Shown here piece after piece: positions 29,433 to 40,185 of a DNA stretch of 64,000 nt. The translations under genes were made by a program, and so were the position numbers. Source of the DNA: Verrucomicrobiia bacterium (GTDB lineage Bacteria > Verrucomicrobiota > Verrucomicrobiia > Limisphaerales > UBA11358). The notes beneath the pieces are model-generated. The model was not told where the DNA came from. It searched no databases and was given only the letters and a program-made list of their open reading frames with translations. The stretch spans positions 52,104 through 116,103 of the forward strand of contig JARLJW010000111.1 in assembly GCA_031290985.1 (NCBI GenBank). The letters run 5' to 3'. The stretch's first letter is position 1. Each line of letters starts with the position of its first letter.

Positions 29433-31151
29433 GTGGCCGAACCAATCTCCACCTTTCAACCCTTGAAAATAAAACCACCCTGGCTTGGAACCTCGCTGCG
29501 CCGGGCGGTTTTCCTCCTGGCCGCGATGTTTTTTGTCCTGGCCGCCGGGGCCGCTGAACCGGGCCGGGCCGCCGCGATCTTCGAGGTGCCCACCTTCGGC
29601 GCAAAAGGCGACGGGACGACGATGGACACCGGGCCGATCCAGTCGGCCATTGATGCCGCCAGCAAGGCGGGCGGCGGCGTGGTTTGGCTGCCGGCCGGGA
29701 AGTATTTAAGCGGCAGTCTCCATCTGAAAAGCCACGTTGAATTTCATCTGGATCGCGGGGCCGTGCTGCTGGGCAGCGCTTCGCGGGCGGATTATCAGCG
29801 CGACCGCTGGTATGCTTTGCTGCTGGCCGACCGGCAGGAGGACATCAAGTTAAGCGGTGATGGCGTCATCGACGGGCAAGGTCTGCGGCTCGCCCGGGAT
29901 GCGATGCGTCGCGCCGCCCTGGGTGAATTCGGCGAAGAAACGCCGGAACTGCGGCAAAGCCAAAACCTCTCCTTGCAGTTGCCCGATGCGGAGTTCAGTC
30001 AAAAGACCATCCGGGACCGGGCGAACGAAAGTGAGCGTCCAATGTTGATTGAATTTAATGACTGTCATGCCATCCAGGTTTCCGGGGTGACCTTGCGGAA
30101 TTCGTCCGGGTGGGTGGAGACGTACGCCCGCTGTGACGGTCTCACGATTGAGGGCATCAAGGTGGACAGCACGGCGTATTGGAACAACGACGGGATGGAC
30201 ATCACGGACTGCCGCAATGTGCAGATTTCAAAGTGCGAGGTTAATACCGCCGACGACGGCATCTGCCTGAAATCCGGGGGCGGCGGCAAATTCGGCCAGG
30301 GCGACGGCTTCAGCCAGACCAACAAGGGATGTTACAATGTGAACATTTCGGATTGCCGCATCCGTTCCAGCGCCAGCGCCCTTAAACTGGGAACCGCGTC
30401 CTATGGCGACTTTCGTAAAATTCATGTTTCCAACCTGACGGTCTATGACACCTGCCGCGCGGCCATTGCCTTGGAAACCGTGGACGGCGGGACCATTGAT
30501 GATGTCCTGGTTGAAAATGTGACCGCCACCAACACCGGCGCCGCCATTTTTCTGCGGCTGGGCCGGCGCAATTTGAAGGCGCCCGCCGGCCAATTGCAAA
30601 ATGTGACGATCCGGAATGTCAAAGTCTGGGTGCCCTCCGGCAAGCCGGACGCCGGCTACAACACCGTGGTGCCTTACGATCCGGCGGCCAACATTCTGCC
30701 CTCATCCATCGCCGGTTTGCCGGGACATCCGGTGCGGAATGTGCGCCTGGAGAACCTCGAGATTTTCCATCCAGGCGGGGCGGATCCCAAACGCGCGTCC
30801 GTGACCGGCGACATGCTTGATGCCGTGCCAGAAAAGGCGGCGGATTATCCGGAGTTCTCGATGTTCGGTGAATTGCCGGCCTGGGGAATTTATGTCCGCC
30901 ACGCCGAAGGCATCCAGTTCACCAATGTACACTTCGGGCGGCAGTCGGCCGATTACCGCCCGGCCATGGTGCTGGATGACGTGCAGCAGGTGAAGCTGGC
31001 CGGCCTCACTGTGGGCCCGGAATCAAAGGAACCTGATTGGGTGCTGCAAAATGTGCGCCGGGCGGATTTCAATGAAACGGGGAATTCAAACCTGACCCGG
31101 GAAAAGGTCCGCTTCATCAAAGATTGCGTTGATGTTTCCGGATTGAAATGA
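29433..31151 (+). CDS. GH28-like glycoside hydrolase (polygalacturonase / pectate-lyase-fold beta-helix)
   Basis: FGAKGDGTTMDTGPIQSAIDAASKAGGGVVWLPAGKYLSGSLHLKSHV. Also NNDGMDITDC, NTADDGICLKSG and RIRSSASALKLGT, which are the N-x-DG, DD and R-I-K-type GH28 motifs. Start uncertain: the track uses GTG 29433, and TTG 29463 is also possible. Confidence 0.8.
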   Translation: MAEPISTFQPLKIKPPWLGTSLRRAVFLLAAMFFVLAAGAAEPGRAAAIFEVPTFGAKGDGTTMDTGPIQSAIDAASKAGGGVVWLPAGKYLSGSLHLKSHVEFHLDRGAVLLGSASRADYQRDRWYALLLADRQEDIKLSGDGVIDGQGLRLARDAMRRAALGEFGEETPELRQSQNLSLQLPDAEFSQKTIRDRANESERPMLIEFNDCHAIQVSGVTLRNSSGWVETYARCDGLTIEGIKVDSTAYWNNDGMDITDCRNVQISKCEVNTADDGICLKSGGGGKFGQGDGFSQTNKGCYNVNISDCRIRSSASALKLGTASYGDFRKIHVSNLTVYDTCRAAIALETVDGGTIDDVLVENVTATNTGAAIFLRLGRRNLKAPAGQLQNVTIRNVKVWVPSGKPDAGYNTVVPYDPAANILPSSIAGLPGHPVRNVRLENLEIFHPGGADPKRASVTGDMLDAVPEKAADYPEFSMFGELPAWGIYVRHAEGIQFTNVHFGRQSADYRPAMVLDDVQQVKLAGLTVGPESKEPDWVLQNVRRADFNETGNSNLTREKVRFIKDCVDVSGLK

Positions 31152-31191
31152 CGTCAGCGGGGCGCCGCCGGTCCATCCGTAATCACCGCGG

Positions 31192-32829
31192 TTAAAAATT
31201 CTTGAACTCAGCCTCCAGCGGGATCTCATTCTGCCGGGCGGTCACGGGTGCGCCGCGGTGATGACCGTTGGTGTTGGTTGTGGCCATTCGTTTTCCAGCC
31301 GGCGCGGCGGCAGGGTTTGATTTTGCGCGCTGGACGGGGGCGGCCGGTTTGGCGGGGGCAACCCCGGTGTGGCCGCCTACCAACTGCATTAATTCGACGA
31401 CGGATTGTTTCATCAATTCGGCCTGGGCATTCAATTCCTGCGCGGCGGCGGCGCTTTCTTCCGAGCCGGCCGCGTTGCTCTGCGTGACCTTGTCCATCTG
31501 CCCCACAGCCGTGTTGATCTGCGTGATGCCCTGGGTCTGTTCCCGGGAGGCGCCGGCCACTTCTGCCGCAAGTTCGTCCACCTGCCGCGCTTTGGTGACG
31601 ATGTCATTCAGCGCCTGCGTGACTTTCTCACTGAACGCCACGCCCTGGGCGGTCTTGCTGATGGCCCCCTCGATCTTGGCGGCGGTTTCCTTGGCGGCCT
31701 GCGCGCTGCGCTGGGCGAGGTTGCGAACCTCGTCGGCGACGACGGCAAAGCCCATGCCGGCCTCGCCGGCGCGGGCGGCTTCGACGGCGGCGTTCAAGGC
31801 GAGGATGTTGGTTTGAAAGGCGATCTCATCAATGGTTTTGATGATCTTGGCGATGTCATCGCTGGAGACTTTGATGGCCTGCATCGCGGCGGACATCGCC
31901 TGCATGTCTTGGGCGCCCTTGTCGGCGGCGACGCGGGTTTGTTTGGAAAGTTCATTGGCCTTCTGGGAGTTCTCGGCGTTCCGCAGGGTCATGTTGGACA
32001 GTTCCTCCAGGGAGGCGCTGGTCTCCTCGATGGAAGCCGCCTGTTCGCTGGAACCTTCGGCCAGAGACTGGCTGGTGGACGAAACCTGGCCGGCGGCGGA
32101 GGCGACCTCCCGGCTGGTCGCGCCCAGATTTTCAGCGAGATTGAACAATTGCCGGGTCAGGGAGCGGATCAAGATCCAGCCAAAGCCCACGGCGAACACC
32201 ACGCCGCTGAACAGCCCCGCCAAAACGAAGATCTGGATGCGGGCGGTTTGCCGGCGAAATTGTTCCTCGGTGGCCTTGGTGGTGTCGGCCTCGAACTGCT
32301 GCACTTGCACCACGATGGCATCGATGGCATCGGTGGCCGGGCGGTCGATGCCCTTGACCAGTTTGTCCACGATGAAACAACTGGCAGGATTGGTGGCGTC
32401 GTAGGTTTTCAAGGCCTCGCGATATTGCGCCCCCAGTTGCTGATGCGCCTGCAGTGATTGATCCACGAGCCTGGTATCGACCCCCGCCCCGGCAAATAAT
32501 TTTTGCAGCGCCGCCAGATCCTGATCCACGGCCGCCTCGCGCTGCCCAAACTGGTCGGAATATTTCTTGAACAATTCGGGGTCGTTGCCGCGCAGCAAGG
32601 TGTCCTTCCACTCTTGCACCTGTTTTTTGAAATCGAGCTGGGCGGACCGGGCGAGATTGATGGATTCGGCGAGGAACCGGCCGTGGTCCTTGGTCTGCTG
32701 GGTGATGCTGTGCGCCTGCGTGATGGTGTTGCTCAATCCCATGAAGCCCAGGACCCCCACCCCGGCGACAATGAGCGTCAAAATGGCAAATCCCAATACA
32801 ATCCGTCTTCCAATCGTCCATCGATTCAT
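31192..32829 (-). CDS. methyl-accepting chemotaxis protein
   Basis: ATG at 32829 gives [29 protein letters not shown] (TM1). Second TM plus a HAMP-like region. Contains the highly conserved signalling hairpin [46 protein letters not shown]. Confidence 0.9.
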   Translation of the reverse strand: MNRWTIGRRIVLGFAILTLIVAGVGVLGFMGLSNTITQAHSITQQTKDHGRFLAESINLARSAQLDFKKQVQEWKDTLLRGNDPELFKKYSDQFGQREAAVDQDLAALQKLFAGAGVDTRLVDQSLQAHQQLGAQYREALKTYDATNPASCFIVDKLVKGIDRPATDAIDAIVVQVQQFEADTTKATEEQFRRQTARIQIFVLAGLFSGVVFAVGFGWILIRSLTRQLFNLAENLGATSREVASAAGQVSSTSQSLAEGSSEQAASIEETSASLEELSNMTLRNAENSQKANELSKQTRVAADKGAQDMQAMSAAMQAIKVSSDDIAKIIKTIDEIAFQTNILALNAAVEAARAGEAGMGFAVVADEVRNLAQRSAQAAKETAAKIEGAISKTAQGVAFSEKVTQALNDIVTKARQVDELAAEVAGASREQTQGITQINTAVGQMDKVTQSNAAGSEESAAAAQELNAQAELMKQSVVELMQLVGGHTGVAPAKPAAPVQRAKSNPAAAPAGKRMATTNTNGHHRGAPVTARQNEIPLEAEFKNF

Positions 32830-33013
32830 AGATATCTTAGCAAATAAAATGCCCGGGCCACGAGATAGCGGCCCGGGCACCATTTCGCAGTTACTTATCG
32901 GCGAAGCATCCTCCAACTTTAGCGTTGGCGATGACAATTTATAGCCGGCTTAACCGCAAACACTTCGCGGCCGGAGCAACTCGGCGACCGGCTTGGTTTC
33001 GGGGAGCAAAACC

Positions 33014-35548
33014 CTACGGCTGCTGGAGCGTGCGATAGAACCGGTGGGGAAAGTTCGTCACGGCGGCATCGGTGAAATTGAAGATGTTGGTGGGCAGCGT
33101 CACGTTGGGGTCGGCCGCGGGCGCGCTGGTCTGGATGGAAACCCAGGCCGCCAGATTGGTCGAGGCCTGCAACACGTACCCCTTGCCGATGAGTCCGGCC
33201 ACTTGCAGATTGAATTGTCCATTGGTGATCGGACCGGTCACCGGCAGGAAAGCCGGCGGGTAACCGGGATAGAGCTGGCTTTGCGGGATGACGGTCTTGG
33301 TGGTGGACGGGCTGCTCCAAGAGAGGCTGGCCGAGGCATCCCCGGCGACCTCGTAATACTCCAAGGTGACGGGATATTTCCGGCCGGCGACCAACGGCAG
33401 CGAACCGCCCCATTGCGTGGCCGATTGATCCACCCATTTATCCACGACGAGCTGGCCGTTCACCCACAAGCGCACGCCATCATCCGTGGTGGTGTAAAAG
33501 GTGTACGTTTCGTTGAACTGCGGCTGCACGGTGCCGGTCCAGAGGACGGTAAAATCATCCGCGCTGATGGCGGGATCCGGCGAGCCCGCGCCCCAGTTGA
33601 AATTGACCGTGGCATCCGTGCGCACCAACGTGGGCGGGTTCGTGAACGTCCGCAACTGGCTCGCATAGTAAGCGCCGGTGAGGCCGGTGCCGGTGCCGAT
33701 GGAGTTGGTGTTCAAAAAGGTCGCGGTCGTCACGATGCTGTCCGCCGCGCCCGGCTTCGTGGCCAGGGCGCGCAAGCCGGTGGAGTTGGTCAGGAGCAGC
33801 GGCCCAGTGTAAGGCGACGAGGCCGAGGTCGGCGGGCTGCCGTCCTGGGTGTAGAAAATGGTCGTGCCGGGGACGGCGTCCGTGATGGTCACGGAAATGG
33901 AGTTGGTGAAAATCGCGCCGGCCGGGGTGATGACCGGAGCGGCCAGGAAGGTGCCGACGCCATACACTGCGAGCGAATATTGCGCGCCCACATAGACGTG
34001 GCCGTTCGCGACGGTCGGCACGGCGAATTTCACCGCGCCGCCGGGCTGGTCGCGCGCGCCGAGGGTGCTGCTGTTATACAGTTCCACGGCCACGTTGGTG
34101 GCGTTGTAGGCGTGCAAGACGGACGGACCGCTGCCGGCGTAGGCGTCCGTCTGCAAGGCCCAGACGATGGCGTTGCTCGTGCCGTTGGCGGAGACGACGG
34201 GGGTGGCGCCGGGGAAACCAAAGCTGTTGGCGTTTTGCGAAGCCGGGGTGGTGCCGATATGGGCGTTGGTGAGGGTGAACGCCTTCAACACATCATTGAT
34301 GCCGATATAGTAGAGGGTTTTGTTGAAATACGCGGGCGTGTCGAAGCCGCCGGTGATGGCGCCGGGGAACGCTTGCACGATGGCGCTGTCGTTCGCACCG
34401 TAGTGGCGCATGTATTCCCGGTTGATGAGATAGACGGTGCCCTCCTTGCCGGCCCCGACGAGCAAATGCTGGTTCGTCGTGCCGCCGCCGACCTCATCCG
34501 GCAGCACCACCGCGCCGCCCGATCCCAGGTCGAGATCCGAGCTGTTGAGGGCCGCCTGATCGTAGGGCGTGAAATAATCCGCCACCTTGAGCCCGTTGGT
34601 GGTGGACAATTTCACGAAGCTGTCGCCGTAATCACCGTTCGTTTCGGCATCGAAGGTGCCGTTGCCGGTGAGGAAATAGAGGTTGTTGCCCGCGTCACTG
34701 GACGGCCCGCAGCCCGACTGCCAGATGCCGCCCAGCCCGCCGTTCGGGGTGGTATTGAACACATTGCTCAAGGTCAGCGTCTGGGCCGCGTACCCGAGCA
34801 GCCAGCCGTGATACGGCCCGTAGTCGCAATGCGCCGCCGAGCCGATGTAAACCACGCCGGCGTTCAAGAGCAACGCCGACCGGTTGAACTGCTTGAACGG
34901 ATCGAACGGCACGTGACCCGCGCCGTCGTTGCCATCGCCGGTGCCCGCCACGGTGGCCGCCAACTCGACCGGGCCGCCGAACTTCTCCGCGCCGTTGGTC
35001 AGGCTCAAGGCGTGCAGCTGGTGGTGAAACGTCGTCACGCTGTTTGTCACCTGTTTGGTCTTGGCGGAGACGTAGATCGTGCCGGTGGCCAGATCGATCA
35101 CCGGCGTGCTGGTGATGCCCACCTCCGGCACCAGGTCATCGCAACCGATGTCATTTTGGCTGTCCACCGTCGTGATGCCCGCCGCCGGGTTGGTGAAGCT
35201 GACCCACCACAAGGCCGGGACGTTGCTGTTGGCATCGAACGCATAGACGCTGTCATGCTCGGTGGCCACAAAGACCACGTCGCGCACGCCCTTGCCGGGG
35301 AGGTTCAGATTTGTCACCACCAGCGGCTGGGCATAGACATAGCCATCCACGGTCTGGGAGAAGATTCTGCCGAAGTTCGTGGAAGCCACGTTGGCCGGGG
35401 AGAGCACCGTCTCGTTGGTGTTCTGGCCGGTGCGCGCGTTGTCGTAATGATACGTCAGCACATTGACGCCCGCGACGGCGGACAGCGCGGGCCAGAACAG
35501 AACCGCCACCAGGAAAAACCGGACAACACGTGTGAATTTTACCGGCAT
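33014..35548 (-). CDS. secreted beta-propeller (PQQ-like repeat) protein with PA14 domain
   Basis: ATG at 35548 gives the signal peptide MPVKFTRVVRFFLVAVLFWPALSAVAG. N-terminal VLTYHYDNARTGQN...VYAQPLV...VFVATEHDSVYAFDA. PA14-like region GLTGAYYAS...DDFTVLWTGTVQPQFNETYTFYTTTDDGVRLWVNGQLVVDKW...YYEVAGDASASLSW. Ends HRFYRTLQQP. Confidence 0.8.
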   Translation of the reverse strand: MPVKFTRVVRFFLVAVLFWPALSAVAGVNVLTYHYDNARTGQNTNETVLSPANVASTNFGRIFSQTVDGYVYAQPLVVTNLNLPGKGVRDVVFVATEHDSVYAFDANSNVPALWWVSFTNPAAGITTVDSQNDIGCDDLVPEVGITSTPVIDLATGTIYVSAKTKQVTNSVTTFHHQLHALSLTNGAEKFGGPVELAATVAGTGDGNDGAGHVPFDPFKQFNRSALLLNAGVVYIGSAAHCDYGPYHGWLLGYAAQTLTLSNVFNTTPNGGLGGIWQSGCGPSSDAGNNLYFLTGNGTFDAETNGDYGDSFVKLSTTNGLKVADYFTPYDQAALNSSDLDLGSGGAVVLPDEVGGGTTNQHLLVGAGKEGTVYLINREYMRHYGANDSAIVQAFPGAITGGFDTPAYFNKTLYYIGINDVLKAFTLTNAHIGTTPASQNANSFGFPGATPVVSANGTSNAIVWALQTDAYAGSGPSVLHAYNATNVAVELYNSSTLGARDQPGGAVKFAVPTVANGHVYVGAQYSLAVYGVGTFLAAPVITPAGAIFTNSISVTITDAVPGTTIFYTQDGSPPTSASSPYTGPLLLTNSTGLRALATKPGAADSIVTTATFLNTNSIGTGTGLTGAYYASQLRTFTNPPTLVRTDATVNFNWGAGSPDPAISADDFTVLWTGTVQPQFNETYTFYTTTDDGVRLWVNGQLVVDKWVDQSATQWGGSLPLVAGRKYPVTLEYYEVAGDASASLSWSSPSTTKTVIPQSQLYPGYPPAFLPVTGPITNGQFNLQVAGLIGKGYVLQASTNLAAWVSIQTSAPAADPNVTLPTNIFNFTDAAVTNFPHRFYRTLQQP

Positions 35549-35962
35549 AAGTTGCTTTCTATATTCCGGCAAACGGCGGTTTGCCATGGGTCATGGTCGG
35601 ACAACGGACTGGCTTATGATTCTATAACCAATTCTTTATTCAATAAATTTCGGCCGGCCGGCCGGGACAGAAGGTTTTTTAACGGCAGACACCCAGGCGT
35701 GAAATGCCTTTCCAACGATCCGCAACTGATGCAGTGCGCCCGTCTCCAGGCGCGGCAATTTTCAAAGTGCGGAGCGCTTCCGTAAATGTCGCGCGGCCCG
35801 GTGGACGAGAGCTGCTGCGCCCGGGGACGGGCGCGCTCCGTATTTTGAACAGGCCCGTCAGGGTTACACCCCATGGCGGCCGGGGCATTTTGGAATAATT
35901 TATGGATATGAAAATCAAACCAGGTCAGGGGCCGGCAGCCTGGCTGGCGATACATTGATGGT

Positions 35963-36949
35963 TTGACCATGCGATTTTTCGATGAAATCAAGACGGGGGG
36001 ACTGGCCGATCCGTCCACCCTGCAAGGCGCCCTGTTCTTTGCGGGCGTCTTCGCGTTCCTGGCCTGGTTCATCGGGCGCACATTGCGCATCGCCGTGCAG
36101 CGGATGCTGGCGCGCGACAAGCATGATCATTTTGACCTGATGGCCGTCAAATTCCTGGCCAAACTGACCCGCTATGCGGTTTATGTTTTTGCCATTGCGG
36201 CCTACGCGCACTTTGTCCCGGCCCTGTCCGGTTTGGGCGCGGCCTCGTTGACGAGCATTGGCATGATCTCGTTGATCGTCGGTTTCGCCGCACAAAACAC
36301 CCTGGGCAACCTGATCGCCGGACTATCCCTGCTGCTCTACCGGCCCTTCAAGCTCGGAGACCGGCTGCAGATCACCGCGCCGACCGGGCTGGAAACCGGC
36401 ACGGTGGAAGGCCTCACCCTCGGCTACACCCTGCTGCGGACGGATGACAACCGCCGCGTGGTGGTGCCCAACAGCCTCATGGCCAGCCAGACAAGCATCA
36501 ACCTGACGGGCAACGACCCGCGCGTGGTCTGTTCGGTGCCCATCGGCATCAGTTACGAGGCGGACATCGACCAGGCCCGGGCCATCCTGCTGGATTTAGG
36601 CGGCAAACATCCCAAGGCCATGCAGGTTTGCGGCTGCCCGCTCACGCAACTCGGCGCCACGGGCGTCGTCCTCTCGCTCGACGTGTGGTGCGCGGATGCC
36701 TTGACGGCGATCACGCTCAAATGCGACCTGCTGGAGCAGGCCACCAAACGATTTGCGCGGGAGGGCATCGGCCATCCGCTGCCGCAGACCTGCGTAGTTT
36801 TAAGAGATGACCGCAGTCCTGCCCACCAGCCGGCCGGGCCACCGACCGGGGTGAACACCCCATGGCATGCGGGTGTGGATTCCGGTTCAATGAAGAGGGA
36901 TGAAACCCTCACGCCGGCCCGGCCAGACGGAACACCGCCGCCGGCTTAA
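35963..36949 (+). CDS. small-conductance mechanosensitive channel (MscS family)
   Basis: Three N-terminal TMs, then the hallmark LGNLIAGLSLLLYRPFKLGDRLQI and VVVPNSLMASQTSINLT. Confidence 0.88.
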   Translation: MTMRFFDEIKTGGLADPSTLQGALFFAGVFAFLAWFIGRTLRIAVQRMLARDKHDHFDLMAVKFLAKLTRYAVYVFAIAAYAHFVPALSGLGAASLTSIGMISLIVGFAAQNTLGNLIAGLSLLLYRPFKLGDRLQITAPTGLETGTVEGLTLGYTLLRTDDNRRVVVPNSLMASQTSINLTGNDPRVVCSVPIGISYEADIDQARAILLDLGGKHPKAMQVCGCPLTQLGATGVVLSLDVWCADALTAITLKCDLLEQATKRFAREGIGHPLPQTCVVLRDDRSPAHQPAGPPTGVNTPWHAGVDSGSMKRDETLTPARPDGTPPPA

Positions 36950-36964
36950 AAAAAATATCAACTC

Positions 36965-37510
36965 ATGAATACAAATCATAAAGCGCCGCCACCGGCGGAA
37001 CCGGCGGTCAGCGCCAAGGCAGAAGCCGCGACCTCGGAAGCGGATGCGCTTATCCGGGACATCGCCGAACAAAAAGACCTGCATCTGCGCCTGGCGGCGG
37101 ACTTCGAGAATTTCAAGCGGCGCAGCCGGCTGGAAACCGAGACCCGGGCCTCCGCGCAAAAAGAATCGTTCATCCACGAGCTCCTGCCGGTGATCGACAA
37201 CCTGGAACGGGCGCTGGCCGCCGGGGGCGCGTGGGATTCCGCGCAGTTTCACCAGGGGGTGGAGATGACGTTGAAACAACTGCAGCAACTGCTCCGCCAG
37301 CACGGCATCGAGAGCGAGGAAATCATCGGCAAACCGTTCAACCCGCACCTGCATGAAGCGCTTTCGCAGCGGCACGATCCCACGCAGGCCGACCACACGA
37401 TCCTCGAGATGTTCCAGCGGGGCTACCGGCGCGGGGCGAAAGTTTTCCGGCCGGCCAAAGTGGTGGTGAACGACCTGTCGCCATCCAACCAAGGCAGCCA
37501 TGCCCGTTGA
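36965..37510 (+). CDS. grpE: nucleotide exchange factor GrpE
   Basis: [37 protein letters not shown] and [16 protein letters not shown] are classic GrpE motifs. Confidence 0.92.
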   Translation: MNTNHKAPPPAEPAVSAKAEAATSEADALIRDIAEQKDLHLRLAADFENFKRRSRLETETRASAQKESFIHELLPVIDNLERALAAGGAWDSAQFHQGVEMTLKQLQQLLRQHGIESEEIIGKPFNPHLHEALSQRHDPTQADHTILEMFQRGYRRGAKVFRPAKVVVNDLSPSNQGSHAR

Positions 37511-38495
37511 ATTTAAAGACTACTACCAGGTGCTGGGCGTGTCGGCGAAAGCGACCGATGACGAAATCAAGAAAGCCTTCCGCACCCTGGCGCGCAAGTA
37601 TCATCCGGATGTCGCCAAGGACAAAAAATCGGCGGAAGAAAAATTCAAGGAGCTCAATGAGGCGAACGAGGTCTTGAGCAACCCGGAGAGCCGCCGGAAA
37701 TATGACGAGCTCGGCGCCGGTTGGAAAACGGGCGGGCCATCGCGGCCGCCGCCGGGCCGGGGCGCCAGCCGGCCCGCCGGCCGGGCCGCCCGGGGCGAAG
37801 AAGATGAGTTCCAATTCGAGGGCACCGGCTTCAGCGATTTTTTTGAGCAGTTTTTTGGCGGCCGCGCGGGCGGCGCCCGGGGGGCTTCGCCATTCGACGG
37901 GCAAGAATTTGGCGGCGGCCAGGAATCACGGACGGCATTGCGGGGCCAGGATATTCAAGGCGACATTCTCATCACCCTGGACGAGGTGCTGAACGGAGCC
38001 ATGCGGGCCATCACGGTGCGGCGAACCAATGCGCGCACCGGCCAGGAAGAGCCGGAAACCTATCAAGTGCGTGTGCCCAAAGGCGTCCAGGCCGGCCAAT
38101 CCATCCGGGTGGCCGGCAAAGGCGGCGCGGGTTCGAATGGTGGCGGGGCCGGGGACATCTATTTGCGCGTGCGCTATGCCCAGCATCCGGACTGGCAGGT
38201 GCGCGGGACCGATCTGCTGGGTCATCTGGAACTGGCCCCGTGGGAGGCGGTCCTGGGGGCGACGGTTCCCGTGAAAACGTTGGAAGGGAGTGTTTCCGTC
38301 AAAGTGCCCGCCGGTTTTCAACAGGGTCAAAAGCTTCGCGTCCGGGGCAAAGGACTGCCCGCCGGCGCGGCCAAACGCGGCGACCTGTATGTGGAAGCGG
38401 TCATTCAAGTCCCGGCTCACGTCAGCCCGGCGGACGAGGCTTTGTGGAAACAACTCGCGACGCAGGCCGCTTTCAATCCGCGGAAGGCGGCGTAA
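37500..38495 (+). CDS. J-domain co-chaperone, class II (CbpA/DnaJ-like, no zinc finger)
   Basis: [33 protein letters not shown] with the HPD motif. G/R-rich linker and DnaJ C-terminal domains ([15 protein letters not shown]..., [12 protein letters not shown]). No cysteines, so no CxxCxGxG module. Overlaps the grpE end by 11 nt. Confidence 0.88.
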   Translation: MPVEFKDYYQVLGVSAKATDDEIKKAFRTLARKYHPDVAKDKKSAEEKFKELNEANEVLSNPESRRKYDELGAGWKTGGPSRPPPGRGASRPAGRAARGEEDEFQFEGTGFSDFFEQFFGGRAGGARGASPFDGQEFGGGQESRTALRGQDIQGDILITLDEVLNGAMRAITVRRTNARTGQEEPETYQVRVPKGVQAGQSIRVAGKGGAGSNGGGAGDIYLRVRYAQHPDWQVRGTDLLGHLELAPWEAVLGATVPVKTLEGSVSVKVPAGFQQGQKLRVRGKGLPAGAAKRGDLYVEAVIQVPAHVSPADEALWKQLATQAAFNPRKAA

Positions 38496-38685
38496 GGTGC
38501 CGGCCATCACCCGCCGGAGGCGGCGGGGGCAGGCATTCGACCTTCAACTGCAAAGCGCCCTGCCCCAGCTTAACGACCCAGCTCACATTGACCACCCGAT
38601 ATTCCAACCGCTTCGGCGCGGTCGGCGGCGCGGTGCGGAGGGCACGACACCGGAGCCTGGCGCGGTGATTGGGCGGCGGATTCAT
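38473..38685 (-). CDS. hypothetical 70-aa ORF (doubtful)
   Basis: ATGA overlap with the upstream 71-aa gene suggests coupling. However, the sequence is P/R-rich ([25 protein letters not shown]...), and it overlaps the 3' end of the J-protein gene. Confidence 0.25.
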   Translation of the reverse strand: MNPPPNHRARLRCRALRTAPPTAPKRLEYRVVNVSWVVKLGQGALQLKVECLPPPPPAGDGRHLTPPSAD

Positions 38686-38897
38686 GAACGGGTGCTTTCA
38701 GTCCCGGGATCCGGCTCGCCGGTCAATTCCCGTTTGGCCCGGGCAAAATCAGACATGGTGGTTTCGCTGGACAAGCGACCATCAATGAACGCCAGTTCCG
38801 CCACGCGGGCATGCACCATTTCCGGCGTGACCGTTCGGCTGCGCAGGGTGCCGATAGTTCCGGTGCCGGCCTTGAAAGGATCAGTGCTCATGCTCAT
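38682..38897 (-). CDS. small protein, DUF2934-like
   Basis: VTPEMVHARVAELAFIDGRLSSETTMSDFARAKRELTGE fits the DUF2934 pattern (E.I..RA.E.....G......DW..A..EL). Codon usage looks coding. Confidence 0.55.
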   Translation of the reverse strand: MSMSTDPFKAGTGTIGTLRSRTVTPEMVHARVAELAFIDGRLSSETTMSDFARAKRELTGEPDPGTESTRS

Positions 38898-38906
38898 GCC
38901 GGGTGA

Positions 38907-39542
38907 TCAGCGGCCGTGGGGAAAGGTTTGGGCATTATGCGCGGTTTTCATTTCCCGCGTGCCACGATCTTCATGCGTGTCCTTCGATTGGGAGGCTGTG
39001 CCCGGTCGCTTGGCGGACTTGGCTCCGGCGGCGGTCACGGGATTCGGCCGCAGTTGGTGAAGTGTTTTTGGAAAAACCGGCGGCAACGGCGTGGCCGCGT
39101 GCGAAAAACTCGCGCGGTCATCGGCTTCGAGCCAGTCGAACGTGGAAGTCGTCTCGGGGTTCAGACCGAGCCGGGTGCAGTTCTCGATGAAGCGGTCGCG
39201 CTTTTCCGGATTTTTCAGCGGGCTGGCGGTTTCCATTTCATCCGACCAGGCCTTGATTTCAGCGGGCGTTTTCGGCGTGCCGTTCGTCTGCAACCAGACC
39301 CCGATGGCTTTATAATTTTTCGCGGCCTGCACGGCGGCCGTAAATTGATCGCCGTCGATGCCCTTGAAGCTGAAAAGTTTTTTATCGAGCGTTCCATCGT
39401 AGACATATTCGCCCAGGGTTCCGGCAAGATTGGCGCGGCATTTGTCCACCACCCGGCGGGCGATGACGAAGCCGCCGATGCGGTCGCGCGGGCTGTGGGG
39501 TGCTTGTTTGGTCAGATCCCGGTCAAGGCTGGCGTTGTTCAT
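38907..39542 (-). CDS. DUF5069-like protein with ~60-aa disordered C-terminal tail
   Basis: DLTKQAPHSPRDRIGGFVIARRVVDKCRANLAGTLGEYVYDGTLDKKLFSFKGIDGDQF resembles DUF5069 (PRSP..lgG...laR..DK.RA...G..GeY.y). The family name is from memory. Confidence 0.6.
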   Translation of the reverse strand: MNNASLDRDLTKQAPHSPRDRIGGFVIARRVVDKCRANLAGTLGEYVYDGTLDKKLFSFKGIDGDQFTAAVQAAKNYKAIGVWLQTNGTPKTPAEIKAWSDEMETASPLKNPEKRDRFIENCTRLGLNPETTSTFDWLEADDRASFSHAATPLPPVFPKTLHQLRPNPVTAAGAKSAKRPGTASQSKDTHEDRGTREMKTAHNAQTFPHGR

Positions 39543-39576
39543 GGTTCAAATAATTGAGTTGGTTGCACGTCCGCCG

Positions 39577-40152
39577 CTATTTCGCCATGCCCGCGACATG
39601 TTTCAAATGCGCTTCCACCACGGGAATGGATTTATCGACAAAACCTTTGATGGCCGCGTCCTGGGTGGCGGCGGATTCGTCCTTGAACGCCTTGGCATCA
39701 CCTTGGTGGGCCTTGATCATCTCGAGGACATAAGTGTCATCGAATTCGGAACCGGGCAGCGCGGCCAATTTATCGACCATCGCCTGATGCTGCTCATCCA
39801 AGCGCGTGGGCAAGGTCACGCCCTTTTGCGCGGCCAGCGTTTTCAAATCGGCATTGATGACCCCATGATCCTTGATCATCAGCTTGCCGAAATCCTTCAC
39901 CGCGTCGCTCGTCCCTTTCTTGGCCGCCAGTTCGCCCAGCGCCACCTCGGTCAGGCCGCCCTGGGCCGCCGCGAGCAGGAAGTTTGCGTCCGCCACAGAC
40001 ACCGGCGTTTGCGCCCGGGCGACCGGCAGCGTCAGGAGGAGTCCCATGGCGATCAAGACCAGGCCCAGGCCGGCGACCGGACGGGTGATGAGTTTATGAA
40101 AATAACGGCGGGCGGGTTTGACGGCGGGTTTTGTTGACTTGGTGGTATTCAT
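39577..40152 (-). CDS. DUF4142-like periplasmic protein
   Basis: Signal/TM at the N-terminus. DANFLLAAAQGGLTEVALGELAAKKGTSDAVKDFGKLMIKDHG plus a second half-repeat (DDTYVLEMIKAHQGDAKAF) match the duplicated DUF4142 motif. Confidence 0.7.
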   Translation of the reverse strand: MNTTKSTKPAVKPARRYFHKLITRPVAGLGLVLIAMGLLLTLPVARAQTPVSVADANFLLAAAQGGLTEVALGELAAKKGTSDAVKDFGKLMIKDHGVINADLKTLAAQKGVTLPTRLDEQHQAMVDKLAALPGSEFDDTYVLEMIKAHQGDAKAFKDESAATQDAAIKGFVDKSIPVVEAHLKHVAGMAK

Positions 40153-40185
40153 ACTGGATGCGGGGTCGGGGAGATGATTTGCTAT

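Noticed and set aside
36880-36964. CIRCE/HAIR heat-shock operator upstream of grpE
   Set aside because: No TTAGCACTC-N9-GAGTGCTAA-like inverted repeat is present. The only TTAGCAC string in the window (27157-27163) has no partner arm.
38290-39060. Plus-strand 256-aa ORF after the J-protein gene as a CbpM/HspR-like modulator
   Set aside because: It is Arg-rich (ITRRRRRGQ..., [10 protein letters not shown]) with no MerR/CbpM-like helix-turn-helix. It overlaps better-supported minus-strand genes.
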